NCBI RefSeq assembly: GCF_011386835.1
Contig: NC_088810.1
Span: 1,674,001 to 1,738,000 of the forward strand
Source: Chrysemys picta bellii
Taxonomy: Eukaryota
Direction: 5' to 3'
DNA: 64,000 bases
Part shown: positions 41,396 through 52,744 of the stretch, piece after piece
Position numbering within the stretch: position 1 is the first letter of the stretch
Layout: every line of letters begins with the position of its first letter
Made by a program: the position numbers and the translations under genes
Notes under the pieces: model-generated
Told to the model about the DNA's origin: nothing
The model's database searches: none
The model's input: only the letters and a program-made list of their open reading frames with translations

Positions 41396-42389
41396 TCGTC
41401 CGGAGTTCCACTGGAGTCAGTGGGGCCAGCCCCCCAGCTGGGATCAATCGGCTGTAACAGCACTGAATTTACATCAATTGGGGATCTGGCCCGATAGACT
41501 TTAAATCTGAATGTAGAGGGGGAGCCCAGGGCTCGGCTAGCAGGGGCCTGCGGGTTAGGATTGTGGGGCACCGACAGAGCTGGGGTGTGAGGGGAGCCAG
41601 TGCTCTAGGCGCAGGATGAAGCCCCCTGCCCTGGCCTAGAACAGACTCAGGTGCAGAAAGTTCCCTGGAGGCGGGGGCCTGAAATCTGTCTGTCAGTTCT
41701 TATCTCTCGTGCCTCGATCAGAGCAGAAACCTCAAGGCTGCTCCGGAGAAGCGGCCTCTGATACTCTGCGAGGCGGGAGGTTTCTCAGTCGCTCACGATG
41801 ATCGACAGATACCGAGCTGTAGAGCCGGTGAAGCTGATCACGCTGATAGCTATGGCTTCCTTTCTGAGGTGTTTGCTGGGGCATCAGGGCGCCGGGTATG
41901 ACCTGCCCGCTCGGAGCCGGCGGGGCTGACGTGTGTGGTGCTGCCAATTGCATCTCGCGGTGCGCCGGTGGGGCAAACCGGGGCCAGGTGGGGTGATGGA
42001 GACGCTCTCTAGGGGCCCGAACGCGAGGGAGATTGCCCCCCGTGCCTGGCTTTGCCGTCAGCCCTCCTTGATGTTTCGGGGAAGTGGCTAGAGTCCTGGT
42101 CTGCCCATCACCGTGGCCTCTGGGGACCTCGCAGTTTTTAACACATTGATCCTAGTCACCCTCCCTGCCCCCCGTGGGGCTGTTATCCCCAAATTGGTGG
42201 TGGGGAAACTGCCCGAGGGACTGCATAGCGGGGGTTGGAACCCAGGTGTGCCGGGTCCCAGGCTGCCCCAGTCCTTCCTCTCGGCTGGATTTGGGCCCTG
42301 ATTTGAGCTGCATTGGGGCTTTATTAGGGGATGATCCCAAGGGACCATACCAGCCTAGGAAGTGTTGAAGGACTTGTGGTAAAGGGGCT

Positions 42390-42510
42390 GGGTTGGGACC
42401 CCAGACAGCTGGGTTCAATTCCTAACCCTGACATTGAGTCGCTGGGCAACCTTGCGTCAGGGCCTCTCTGTGCCTCAGTTTCCCATCTGTAAAGTTGGGT
42501 GCAATCATCC
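42390..42510 (+). mobile_element. MIR/CORE-SINE remnant
   Basis: gggttcaattcc head followed by the core ctctgtgcctcagtttcccatctgtaaa. Confidence 0.65.
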
Positions 42511-42807
42511 TTCCCTATGTAGTATGTGCTTCAGGGCAGGGTGCGAGCCTGGCCTGACTGGGGCTCCGAGCCCGGTCCAGGGGGGTTTGTGCAGTGCCCA
42601 GCGTGGTGGGGGCCCAGATGCCCCTGAGAGAGGAAAGTCCCCATGTCCCGTTCCCCACCCAGCTGGGGATCTGGCCCCACTGACGCTAAAGGAAACATTT
42701 TCCTTAAATAGAGCAGGACGGGGACGGTAAGGCAGCCACTGACCCAGGCAAAAAATCGGACCCCCAAAGAAACAGAGCTAGACCCCTTTAAACACAGCTA
42801 CAATCCT

Positions 42808-42813
42808 TTTATT
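42808..42813 (-). terminator. Candidate LYPD3 polyadenylation signal
   Basis: AATAAA on the minus strand about 1.7 kb downstream of the LYPD3 stop. Confidence 0.5.
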
Positions 42814-44529
42814 AATGAGCCTTTAAACCCTTCCCCGGGAATTCCCGGCCCCCTTCCCATGGCGAGAGTTGAGTCTCTGAAACTATTTACATTGGGAAGG
42901 GCAGCTGCAGTCGCACCAGCTGGGAGAACGATTCCGGGACGTCTCACTCGCGGCTCCAGGGCATGTGCTGAGCTGAGAGGTCAGGAAGGGGAATATTGCA
43001 CAGTGAGGGGGCGTAATGGGGCCAGAGGTTTCAGGTAGCAGGGACACCAGGGTGGATGGGTCTGGGGCGGGGGGGGGGGGGCAGGGAGAAGGCGGGATAT
43101 TGGGCTGGATGGGCCCATGGGGCTGATCCGGAATAGTCCCTATCACCCCAGTGGGGCCGTGAGGAACTCATTGACCCCTCCGCTCTCTTAGCACCGTCCT
43201 ATCCTTCTCTGGGCTGTGCCACCGGGGCTGGTGGAAGGATGGGAAGTTGTGCTGGGACCCCATTATTGGGGTTAAATACCCAGCGGGCAAGTTGGTGGGG
43301 GGGTGGGGGGAAGTGCCCAAGCCCACCAAGCCATAAGGATGAGCCACCCATTGCCCCACCCTTCCCATTGCTGTGCCCTGGCCACCGTGTCTACGACCCG
43401 TGTGCCGGCGGCCACCTTGTTGCGCCATCTTCCACAACCAGCCTCGTGTGTGCGTGTGTGTGTGGAGGGGGCATAGACTGTGGGTCCCAATGCTGAGGCC
43501 TAGCAGGCTGTTAGAAGCCTGAGTTGCCTTTGGCGCCATGGCAACAGGACCCACCACCCTGTTGGCTGGAGACAAAATGGGTGGCCAAGAATAATGGCAA
43601 GATGGCTGCTGCATGTAGTCCTGTATTTGATTTGGAGCAGCCTTGGGACTTTTCCCCGGGGAATGAAGACCAAGCAGTGGCCACCTTCCCTAGACAGATG
43701 TCAACTGATGTGGCATAAAGAAACAAGATGGCTGCCCAGTGTTGGCAGATAACACAAACACTCGAAGGTGCATTGGCGTGGCAAAGCATGCACCTGGGTG
43801 AGGTGAAGAAGGGATAGGATCCACTCAAGCAAACAGAAAATGGCGGCCGTCACAGCCCTCCCCAGACTGGGGTCAAACTAGGCCATGTAGAAACAAGATG
43901 GCCGCCGTGCACAGGCTGAAGAGAAGCCGGAATTTGCTGTGCTGCTATAAGAATATGGCCTGCGATATGGGAAGGCGACACGTGGGAATTTGTTCTGGAG
44001 GGCAGGGGTAGTATGGCTCTTCCTCTCCGTGTTGTTTACCCCCCACTTAAAAAACAAGCTGGCCACTGCAAGTAGGCAAAACTAGGCCACGGGCAACCAA
44101 GATAGCTGCCTTGTGCAGGCCAAAGGGAAGCCTGGATTTGTGGTGGTGCCATGAGAAGGGCTCCGTGGACATTTTGCGTGAAGGGGGCAACCACAAACGA
44201 TGCCCTAGAGGGACATCAAGCCACGCCGCTTCCAGACCAAAATGGCTGCTGTGGGGAGGCCGAAGAGAAGGCCAGGTGTCGTGAGGACGGGGCTCTGCAT
44301 GGAGATGCAACCTGGAGACTTAGCCCCGCCTGGTGATGCCAACAGGGCCAACCCGGCCTGACATCAAGAGCTGCTGCTCAACTAAGAAGATGGCTGCCGT
44401 GCATGGGCCGAAGCCTGGCTGGAGTTGAAGAAGTCAGGGGGAGGCTGGCCAGCGGAGCGGGAATGGGGGCGATGGGGGGGTGAATGGGTGGGGGGCGTCT
44501 CGTGCCGTTTCCCCTCCTTGGTGCCCCCT

Positions 44530-47500
44530 TCACAGGAGCAAGGCGGACCCGAGCAAGATGAGCCAGGCCGAGGCGCTCAACCCCGCCGCGCCCCCCTTCC
44601 CGCCGCTCGGCAGCTTGACGCCCGGGTTGTTCCGCCGCTCGCCCTCCGTGGTGATGTGGCGGTCGTCCCGGATGAGGTCCTCGTGGTCATCATGATCCTC
44701 GTGGTCGTCATGGTCCTCGTGGTCCGGAGGCAGGGGCGTGGGAGCGGCAGTGACCGTGGCGGCGGCGGCGAGCGTGGCGGTGGCGGTGACCGTGGCGGTG
44801 ACCGTGGCGGTGGCAGTGGCATTGGCGCCCGTGGCGTTGGCCCCTTGGCCGGGCATGACCTCCAGCCGGGGGATGTTGGGGGCGAAGAACGTCTTGTTGG
44901 TCAGGTCCCCGTTGCAGAGGTGGCCGGAGCAGCAGGAGCCCACCAGGTTGACGGCCGTGCTGCCCCTTGCCTCCTTGGTGCAGTCCTTGTTCTGCACGCA
45001 GCCCTTGATGGGGCGGCTCAGTGAGACGTTGCCTGGGGGAGACGGGACGGGGGACAGTCAGGGGAGGGCCGTGCTGCAGGGAGCGGGGTGGGGTCCCTCT
45101 CCCGGCCGTCGGTGCTGGCCCCGATGCACCACTAGGGGGCGCTGTGCTGTGTGAACTGGGTAGGGGCCCTCCCTGGGCTGTTGGTGCTGACCCCCAATGT
45201 GCCATGAGGGGGCGCTGTGCTGTGGGGGGGGGGGCCTCCCCTGGCTGTCAATGCTGGCCCCGATGCACCACTTGGGGGCGCTGTGCTGTGGGGGGGGGGC
45301 CCTCCCCTGGCTGTCAATGCTGGCCCCGATGCACCACTTGGGGGCGCTGTGCTCAGTGCCAGGTTTACAATGGCGCCATGGAGCCGGGCCCATGCTCGGA
45401 AGGGGCCCGGCCTGCTCCGCTTGCCCTGCGCCCCGAGACCCCGCTGGCTCCCCCCGCCCACCACTTGCTCCTCTCGGCCTCCCCACCGAGGGCTCCTCTC
45501 CGCCCTCTGGCCCCACCCCTTGCTCCTCTCCGCCCCCTGGCCGGACCCAGTGCCCCTCCGGCTCTGGGCAGTCTCTGCTTCCCACCCCCGTGGGGCCCCG
45601 CCTGGCTCCCCGGAGCTGAGCCGCCTGGGACTGGGGCAGAAACCTGGCCGGTCTCAGCTGGGGATGGGGGTGACAGTGTGGGGGGCTTGGCTGGGCCCCT
45701 CCTGGCAGGTGGGGCCTGAGGGAGCCCGGCGGGGCAGGCCCTGGCCTGGCTGATCACACCACTCCCGAGGGGCCGGAGCGATTCCCGGCCCCAGGACCAG
45801 CCCTGGCTGCGCTGCCGGCTAAGCCCGACAGACAGTCGCCTCCCAGCAGGGCCGGTGCGTGCAGCCGGGCAGCACGGGGTGGGGAGTGGGTCTCTGGGGG
45901 GTGCTGGGCTGGGGGGGGGGAGATCTGGGTGTTGGGGCACTAGGGAGTGGGGGTTCTGTGGGGGGTGCTGGGCAGTTGTGGTGGGGCTGTGGGCAGGGGG
46001 TGCAGGGCAGGGGTGGTGTTGTGCAAGGTGCTGTGCATTTGTGGGTGGGGAGGCGGGGGTACTGGGCATAGTGGGTCCAGGGGGCTCTGGCTATAGGGAA
46101 TTTGGGGGGTGTTCCGGTGGGGGGGGCTGTGTGGTGCGGCATGGGCCCGCCCCCGACGGGAAGGGACAAGCTGGCAGCACAGGGCTGGGTGGGCCAGTGT
46201 GCGTCTGACAACTGCCGGTTTGTGACTAGTGCCCTGAGCTGGGCTGGGCAGAGTGGGGCCACCCCACACCCCCGCCCCATTGCTTCTGGCCAGCCCCTCG
46301 CTCTGGGGACCAACATCCCCACACCAGGCTCCATTGCCCCATGGAGCGGCGGGCCCACAAATATGTGTGGTGCCAGGTCCACAAAGGGTTAATCCGGCCC
46401 TGGCTGTGCTGTAAGGAATGTGTGTGGGGGAAATGGGGCGCCCTCCCCTGGCCATCGGGACTGGCCCCAATGCACCTCTAGGGGGCACTGTGCTGTGGGC
46501 CCTCCCCTGGCAGTCAGGGCTGGCCCCGATGCACCACTAGGGGGCGCTGTGCTGTGGGCCCTCCCCTGGCAGTCAGGGCTGGCCCCGATGCACCACTAGG
46601 GGGTGCTGTGCTGGCCAAACAGCTGCCGCGCCTCGCCCCAGAGGGGGCTGTCTCTGAGTGTCCCGCCCGGGCCTCACCGACTTTCATGGTGACGTTGCCG
46701 TGGAAACAGCCCTGGTACCCGTCATAGCATTTCACCACCGTGGAGTTGCCGGGGGAGCAGGCCTCGTTGCCTTGGCAGCTGTAGCACTCCAGCCCATTGG
46801 GCACTCGGGCGCTCTCGTTACCTGGCGACCAGACAAAGGGGGGGGCAGTTAGAGAGGAGGAGGTGGGGGGCCGGCCCCTCCCCGCACCCCCCGGTGGGCA
46901 CTTACTCATCGACTGTAGTGCCATGGCCCGGATGTCCAGCTGGGAGTTGCAGCGGCTGGTGTTGCAGTTGCGCACCTGGGAGAAGGCTAAGATGCCGTGC
47001 AGGTCCACGCCCTTGTCGTTGGTGCCCGTTCTGCCCAGGCCGCAGCCCTTCTCGCCCACCAGGAACTGCCCGTGGCCTGGGGAGACAGCCGGGGGGGTGA
47101 GCGAGTCGGGAGAGAACCCAGGCGTCCTGGCTCCCAGCTTCCCCCTACCCCACAGCTTTAACTCCCCTGCCAGACCTGGAGATGGAACCCAGCCCGCCCT
47201 GCTCTAACCCACTAGGTCCTATGCCACTCCCAGAGCCAGGGAGAGAACCCAGGAGTCCAGGCTCCCAGCCCTCACCCCGAGGGCTCACTCACTCCATTTC
47301 ACGGCCGCCACGGTTTCCATGCACACTTGGGCGTTGGCTGGACACGAGATCGTCTTCATCTTCTCCGGGCTGCAGCCGCCGTCGCTGCGCTCCACACAGC
47401 TGTGGCACTCCAGGGCGATGGCTCCTGCATGGGGGGGAAGGAATCTCTGTGAAACCCGGCGTGGCTGGCACGCCCGTGGGGGGACCTGCCTGGGCCTGTC

Positions 47501-49128
47501 CCCGGCGGGGGGGCGGGGGGGACCCCTAATCTCTCAAAGGCGGGTTACGTTTGTGCGTTTTCCCAGGTAATTTTGCACGGCTGTTTGCACGGCTCCTTCT
47601 CTTTGCACGGATTCTCACCTGCTTTTGCATGCAAATTTGCACCCTTCCCTCACCACTTTTACACTTTTCCATGTGAATTGGCACGTTTCCCTGTGTAATT
47701 CCGTCTGTACAATTTTCACCTTTCCCTTGTAATGTTGCATGTCAAATGACACAGAGACGTGACAATCGACATGGGACCACGTGAAAGTGAATATGCAAAT
47801 TTGCAAGGAAAGGTGAAAATTAGCATGTCAAATTACTCGGAAACATGACACTTGACGTGTTAATTTTCACCTTTCCCTTGCAACTTTGCCTGTTAATTTT
47901 TATGTTGTCCCATGTAATTTTGCATGTCAATTTTCATGTCATGTTACATGCCAATTTTCACCTTTCCCACATAACTTGGCATGTCAATTTGGACCCTTTC
48001 CCGGGTTACATGTTTCCCTGTGTAATTTTACGTCAATTGTCCCCTTTCCCCTCCTCGTGGATTGTTCCCCAAACTCCTGCTTCATAAACATGCAAGTGGG
48101 TGTGTCTGCATTTAATGCCCCACGCATCTTCAGAGAAATTCAGTGGCACGTTTCCTCTCCTTTTTTGCACCAGTTTGAACACACTAGAAGTGCACTCACT
48201 TTCCCACCTCTCTAGACCCCCCATCCCTGGCTCTGTAAATTTGCACGTCGAGTGGTCCACCTCCCAACCCTCGCTGCGTTATTTCCACTGTACATTTGCA
48301 GAGATTTGCTGCCTTTCCCCTCCTCTTTGCACCGTTTTCTCCAGGCGTTCCCACGGACACTTGCACGGGGGTTTCCTTCTTCGCACCATTTGTCTGGGAA
48401 CTTGCACTTGTGTTTGCACTTCTGTTTCTCACAAATACTTGCATGGGCGACAGATCTCCCTCTTTGCCCCCTCCTCCGGTGGATGGCTGTGTCAGCTCCA
48501 GGATGGGGGTGACCCCACCCCGGGGTGAGGCTGGCGTCCCTGGGAGGAGTTCTCCCAGTTGGCAATGTGCCCCAGACCCATTCCAGGTGGAGCGACCTGT
48601 CCCAGCATGCACGGCACCTCTGCCCCCACCCCCCCAATCCCATGGCACTAACCTTCCCCCTCCCATTCCAGCATGGAGAATGGAGTCAATACCCAGCCCC
48701 CAGACCTGGGGAAGGGGGGGGTCAGTGAGCTGGGGGTCCCCTCTCCAGGAGATCCTAGAGGGGAAAGGCCCTAGCCCCATTCCTTGCCCCCTGAGCCAGC
48801 CAGTCCACTACTCTGGGACTGGATGGGAGCCGGCGCCCCCTAGACGGGAAAGGCCTCCTGCCCCATTCCCCACCGGCCAGCCCCCCGGCCTCGGGCTGTA
48901 TTATAATGCCATCACTCAGTCGTTCTCTCGAAGGAGCCGGGTTTCCCTGGCAGATGCAGCTGAGATAAAAACACCCCATCAATCTGCCCCGGGACCCAGA
49001 TTCGTCCCCACTGGAGCAATGCCCCGTCCCGGCCCCCGGGTGTGCTCCCCGGGCCCCGTACCTTGGAGGAGCAGTGCGGCCGCCAGCAGGAGGAGGGGAC
49101 CGGCTCTCGGGGGGCGGGGGGCTCCCAT
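44530..49128 (-). CDS. LYPD3: Ly6/PLAUR domain-containing protein 3 (C4.4A), 338 aa, GPI-anchored, two LU domains
   Basis: Exons 49062-49128, 47293-47424, 46906-47076, 46678-46821, 44530-45032, all phase 1 and GT-AG. Signal peptide; LECHSCVERSDGGCSPEKMKTISC; GVDLHGILAF; NGLECYSCQG; GCFHGNVT; CCSGHLCNGDLTNKTFF match C4.4A. Cys pattern 8+10; hydrophobic GPI tail. Confidence 0.93.
45110..46620 (+). promoter_or_regulatory. Two clusters of CTCF-like motifs in LYPD3 intron 4
   Basis: CCAC(T/C)(A/T)GGGGGCGC-type motifs at 45129, 45202, 45268, 45334, 46475, 46534, 46593. Confidence 0.5.
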
Positions 49129-49211
49129 GGCTGCGTCTGCCTGGACCAAGCGGGTTCTCTCGGCTCCCGGCAGCTTCCACGCGACTCCGGCTGCCAGCGC
49201 CAAGCTAAGAC

Positions 49212-49240
49212 GATAAATAAGGGGAGGCAGATGGGGCGGG
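49212..49240 (-). promoter_or_regulatory. Candidate LYPD3 core promoter (TATTTAT box plus GC box)
   Basis: Minus-strand TATTTAT about 85 nt upstream of the ATG, preceded by CCCGCCCC, in a CpG-rich region. Confidence 0.5.
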
Positions 49241-49845
49241 ATGTCCCCGCCCCCCCTTGCACATCCCACCCTCCCTGGCTTCGGTGCGGGGCCCAGGCCG
49301 GCGATTATTCACGTTGCCGCCCCAGCACCAAGCCCCGGCGCGTCAGTACCAGGGCGGTGGCTGTCCCAGGAACCGGCCCGGCCGGTTGGGGGAGCTGGCA
49401 ACGCCTTGGCGGGGCAGCTTCGACGCTGGGGGCTCAGCGCAGGGGGAGCAGGAGCCCGGGGAGGCCTCGGGGCGGATCGGGACTGGAGAGGCCCCCAGCA
49501 AGGGCGAGGTGAGTGTGCCCCCAACCAGCTCCCCGTGGCACGGTGCCCTGTGCCCAGTCCCCTGCCCCGCTCCCTGTGGCCCAGCAGCCCCCGCTGAGCC
49601 CCCTAGCGTCACATTGGGGCCAGGACGGGGTCAGCAGGACACACTGACACATCGAGTCACCCCAGCCCACCCCCTGCCCCGTATCGCTGCCTGAGGGCAC
49701 TGAGGTCAACACTGAGTCAGCGCCTGGCCCCTGGCATGAGCTGGCATCGAGGGCCCAGCCTCAGCCCTGGCCCAGAGGAGACACGAAACACGCAGCCAAC
49801 ATAGGTGCTCATGTGTGTGGCAACCAGCCCCCTAGACACCAGGTA

Positions 49846-50545
49846 TAGTGGTTAGAGTGAGGGGCTGGGAGCCAGGACTCCTGGGTTCTCTGCCCCGCTC
49901 TGGGAGGGGAGTGGGGTCTAGTGGTTAGAGTGGGGCTGGGAGACAGGACTCCTGGGTTCTCTGCCCCGCCCTGGGAGGGGAGTGGGGTCTAGTGGTTAGA
50001 GTGAGGGGCTGGGAGACAGGACTCCTGGGTTCTCTGCTCCGCCCTGGGAGGGGAGTGAGGTCTAGTGGTTAGAGCGGGGGGCTGGGAGCCAGGACTCCTG
50101 GGTTCTCTGCCCCGCCCTGGGAGGGGAGTGGGGTCTAGTGGTTAGAGCGGGGGGCTGGGAGACAGGACTCCTGGGTTCTCTGCTCCGCCCTGGGAGGGGA
50201 GTGGGGTCTAGTGGTTAGAGCGGGGGGCTGGGAGACAGGTCTCCTGGGTTCTCTGCCCCGCCCTGGGAGGGGAGTGGGGTCTAGTGGTTAGAGCGGGGGG
50301 CTGGGAGACAGGACTCCTGGGTTCTCTGCCCCGCCCTGGGAGGGGAGTGGGGTCTAGTGGTTAGAGCGGGGGGCTGGGAGACAGGACTCCTGGGTTCTCT
50401 GCCCTGCTCTGGGAGGGGAGTGGGGTCTGGTGGTTAGAGCGGGGGGCTGGGAGAAAGGACTCCTGGGTTCTCTGCCCCACTCTGGGAGGGGAATGGGGTC
50501 TGGTGGTTAGAGCAGTGGTGCTGGGAGCCAGGACTCCTGGGTTCT
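49846..50545 (+). repeat. Tandem array of tRNA-derived SINE-head unit (~73 bp, ~10 copies)
   Basis: ctagtggttagagc...ggctgggagccaggactcctgggttctct...gctctgggaggggagtgggg repeated; MIR-head-like A/B boxes. Confidence 0.9.
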
Positions 50546-51593
50546 CTCCCAAGCAGCGTTGTGTTTTGATGGGTGGGGATGGGGGTGCTGTGTGTGTTGT
50601 TGGGTAGCTCTGACCCCCCTGCAGTGCAGCCCCACCCGGGACCCCGATCCCAGCCTGGGCGGACCCCGAGGCTGCTCAGGCCCAGCAAGGAGGTAGCTGA
50701 GGGAGAGGAGGAGCAGGCCCGACGTCCAGGAAATTGGGGTGCAGCTGGGCCCCAAGTCCAGACACGCAGCTGCCCCTCCCTTGTCTCACCCGCCCCAGGG
50801 CAAATCCTTCCCTTCCCCAGAGCCGGCACCAGGCAGCGCCTGAGTCACTGGGGCCTGGGGGCCGGGGTGTGGGGAGCACAGGGCCCCCCCTTGTCCCAGG
50901 CCTAGGAAACAGGGACACACCCAGGGAAAGATTCACAGGGAGGGGGCGGGGGATGGGACAGGAGGCCCTTCCCCTCCAGGGGGTGCCAGCCCCGATCTGG
51001 CTGCAAGGGCAGCACTGTGAATGTACAGCACCCCAAGGATCTGTCCCTGGGGGACTGGGATCGAGTTGGGGGGCGGGCTGGGAGCCAGGACTCCCCGGTT
51101 CTCTCCTTGACTCGGTGGGGAGGGGAGTGGAGTCTAGTGGTTAGAGCGGGGGGGCTGGGAGCCAGGACTCCTGGGTTCTGTCCCCGGCTCTGGGAGGGGA
51201 GCGGGGACTGGTGGTTAGAGTGGGGGGGCTGGGAGCCAGGACTCCTGGGTTCTGTCCCCGGCTCTGGGAGGGGAGCGGGGACTGGTGGTTAGAGTGGGGG
51301 GGGGGTGGCTGGGGGCCAGGACTCCTGGGTTCTGTTCTACCGCCTCCCTTGAGTGTGCTTTGCATTACGTGCAGAGGGCTGGTTTCCACCAGGGTGCCGA
51401 GCCGGGTTCCCCCGGGGCCGGACGTGCCCCATCGGGATGGCAGTGGGTGGCTTCCCCCAGCCGCTGGCACCAGGTGGCAGGGCTGGCCTTACCGGTGGGC
51501 ACTGGTGGCGACTGCTGCTCCGGGAGCCCAGGCAGGAAAGGGGCACTTGGCTCACTTCGCCCACCAGCCCTACCCGGAGGGTGAGCTCTTCCT

Positions 51594-52205
51594 CATAAGA
51601 ACATGCGAACGGCCACACTGGGTCAGACCAAGGGTCTGTCTAGCCCGGTATCTTGTCAGCCGACAGTGGCCAATGCCAGGTGCCCCAGAGGGAATGAACA
51701 GAGCAGGGAATTATCAAGCGATCCATCCCCTGTCGCCCATTCCCAGCTCCGGCAAACAGAGGCTAGGGACACCATCCCTAATAGCCATTGATGGACCCAT
51801 CTTCCATGAACTTATCTAGTTCTTGTTTGAACCCTGTTATAATCTTGGCCGTCACAACATCCTCTGGCAAGGAGTTCCACAGGTTGACTGTGCGTTGGGT
51901 GAAGAAATACTTCCTTTTGTTTGTTTTAAAGCTGCTGCCTGTTAATTTCATTTGGTGACGCCTAGTTCTTGTGTTATGCAAAGGAGTAAATAACACTTCC
52001 TTGTTTACTTTCTCCACACCACTCAGGATTTTATAGCCCTCGATCATATCCCCCCTTAGTCGTCTCTTTTCCAAGCTGAAAAGTCCCAGTCTTATTCATC
52101 TCTCCTCATACGGCAGCCGATCCATCCCCGTCATCATTTTTGTTGCCCTTTTCTGAACCTTTTCCAGTTCCAATAGATTCTTTTTGAGATGGGGCGACCA
52201 GATCC
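51594..52205 (-). mobile_element. CR1 LINE 3' fragment
   Basis: cataagaaca tail on the plus strand; RT C-terminal remnant ([18 protein letters not shown]...RTRRHQMKL...[15 protein letters not shown]). Confidence 0.88.
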
Positions 52206-52744
52206 CCTCCACATCCCCTTCCTGGAGCTCTCCCTGTGGGGTCGGGGCGGGCAGCGCCAAGGACCAGGTGAGGGACACAGCCGAGCATGGGCGACGCCGG
52301 GCGATCTCTCCCGGCCGGGCCCCGGCTCCAACTCCAGCCACAACACTGAGCTCAGTTTGTCCCCCGCGTGGCTCAGGTTCGTGGGACGGTGGATGTTCGC
52401 GTCATCCGGCGCTCGGAGCCCATGTTCTTTTCATCGCTGACTCGAATTGAGCCGAATGTTGTGCCCTTTGCTCTTGGTTAGTGAATCGTAGAAACCTGGA
52501 GCTCGCAGCTCTATACCTGCGACCTTCGCTGACACGGCTGCGCCCCCCAGCGCCGAGGAAGGGTCATTTCCCCTCAGCCGGCCCTGCCCGGAGGGTGCTG
52601 GGCTCTCGTGCCAACCTGGGGGGGACGTCGGGGTCTCTTGGGGGCTGCTGAGGCCTTGCAAATTCAGTGCAGGCCATGTCATGTGGCATGAGCGCCCTCT
52701 AGGGGCGAAAGGTGGTCAGTACTCCAGTCAGTACCCCAGTTCTA

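Noticed and set aside
44745-44845. Thr/Ala repeat as an antifreeze glycoprotein analogue
   Set aside because: It is short, is not a regular (Ala-Ala-Thr)n, and sits in a GPI-protein stalk; a mucin-like linker is the simpler reading.
49846-50545. Possible tRNA gene cluster
   Set aside because: Units lack an acceptor stem and a 7-nt anticodon loop and are head-to-tail SINE-head derivatives.
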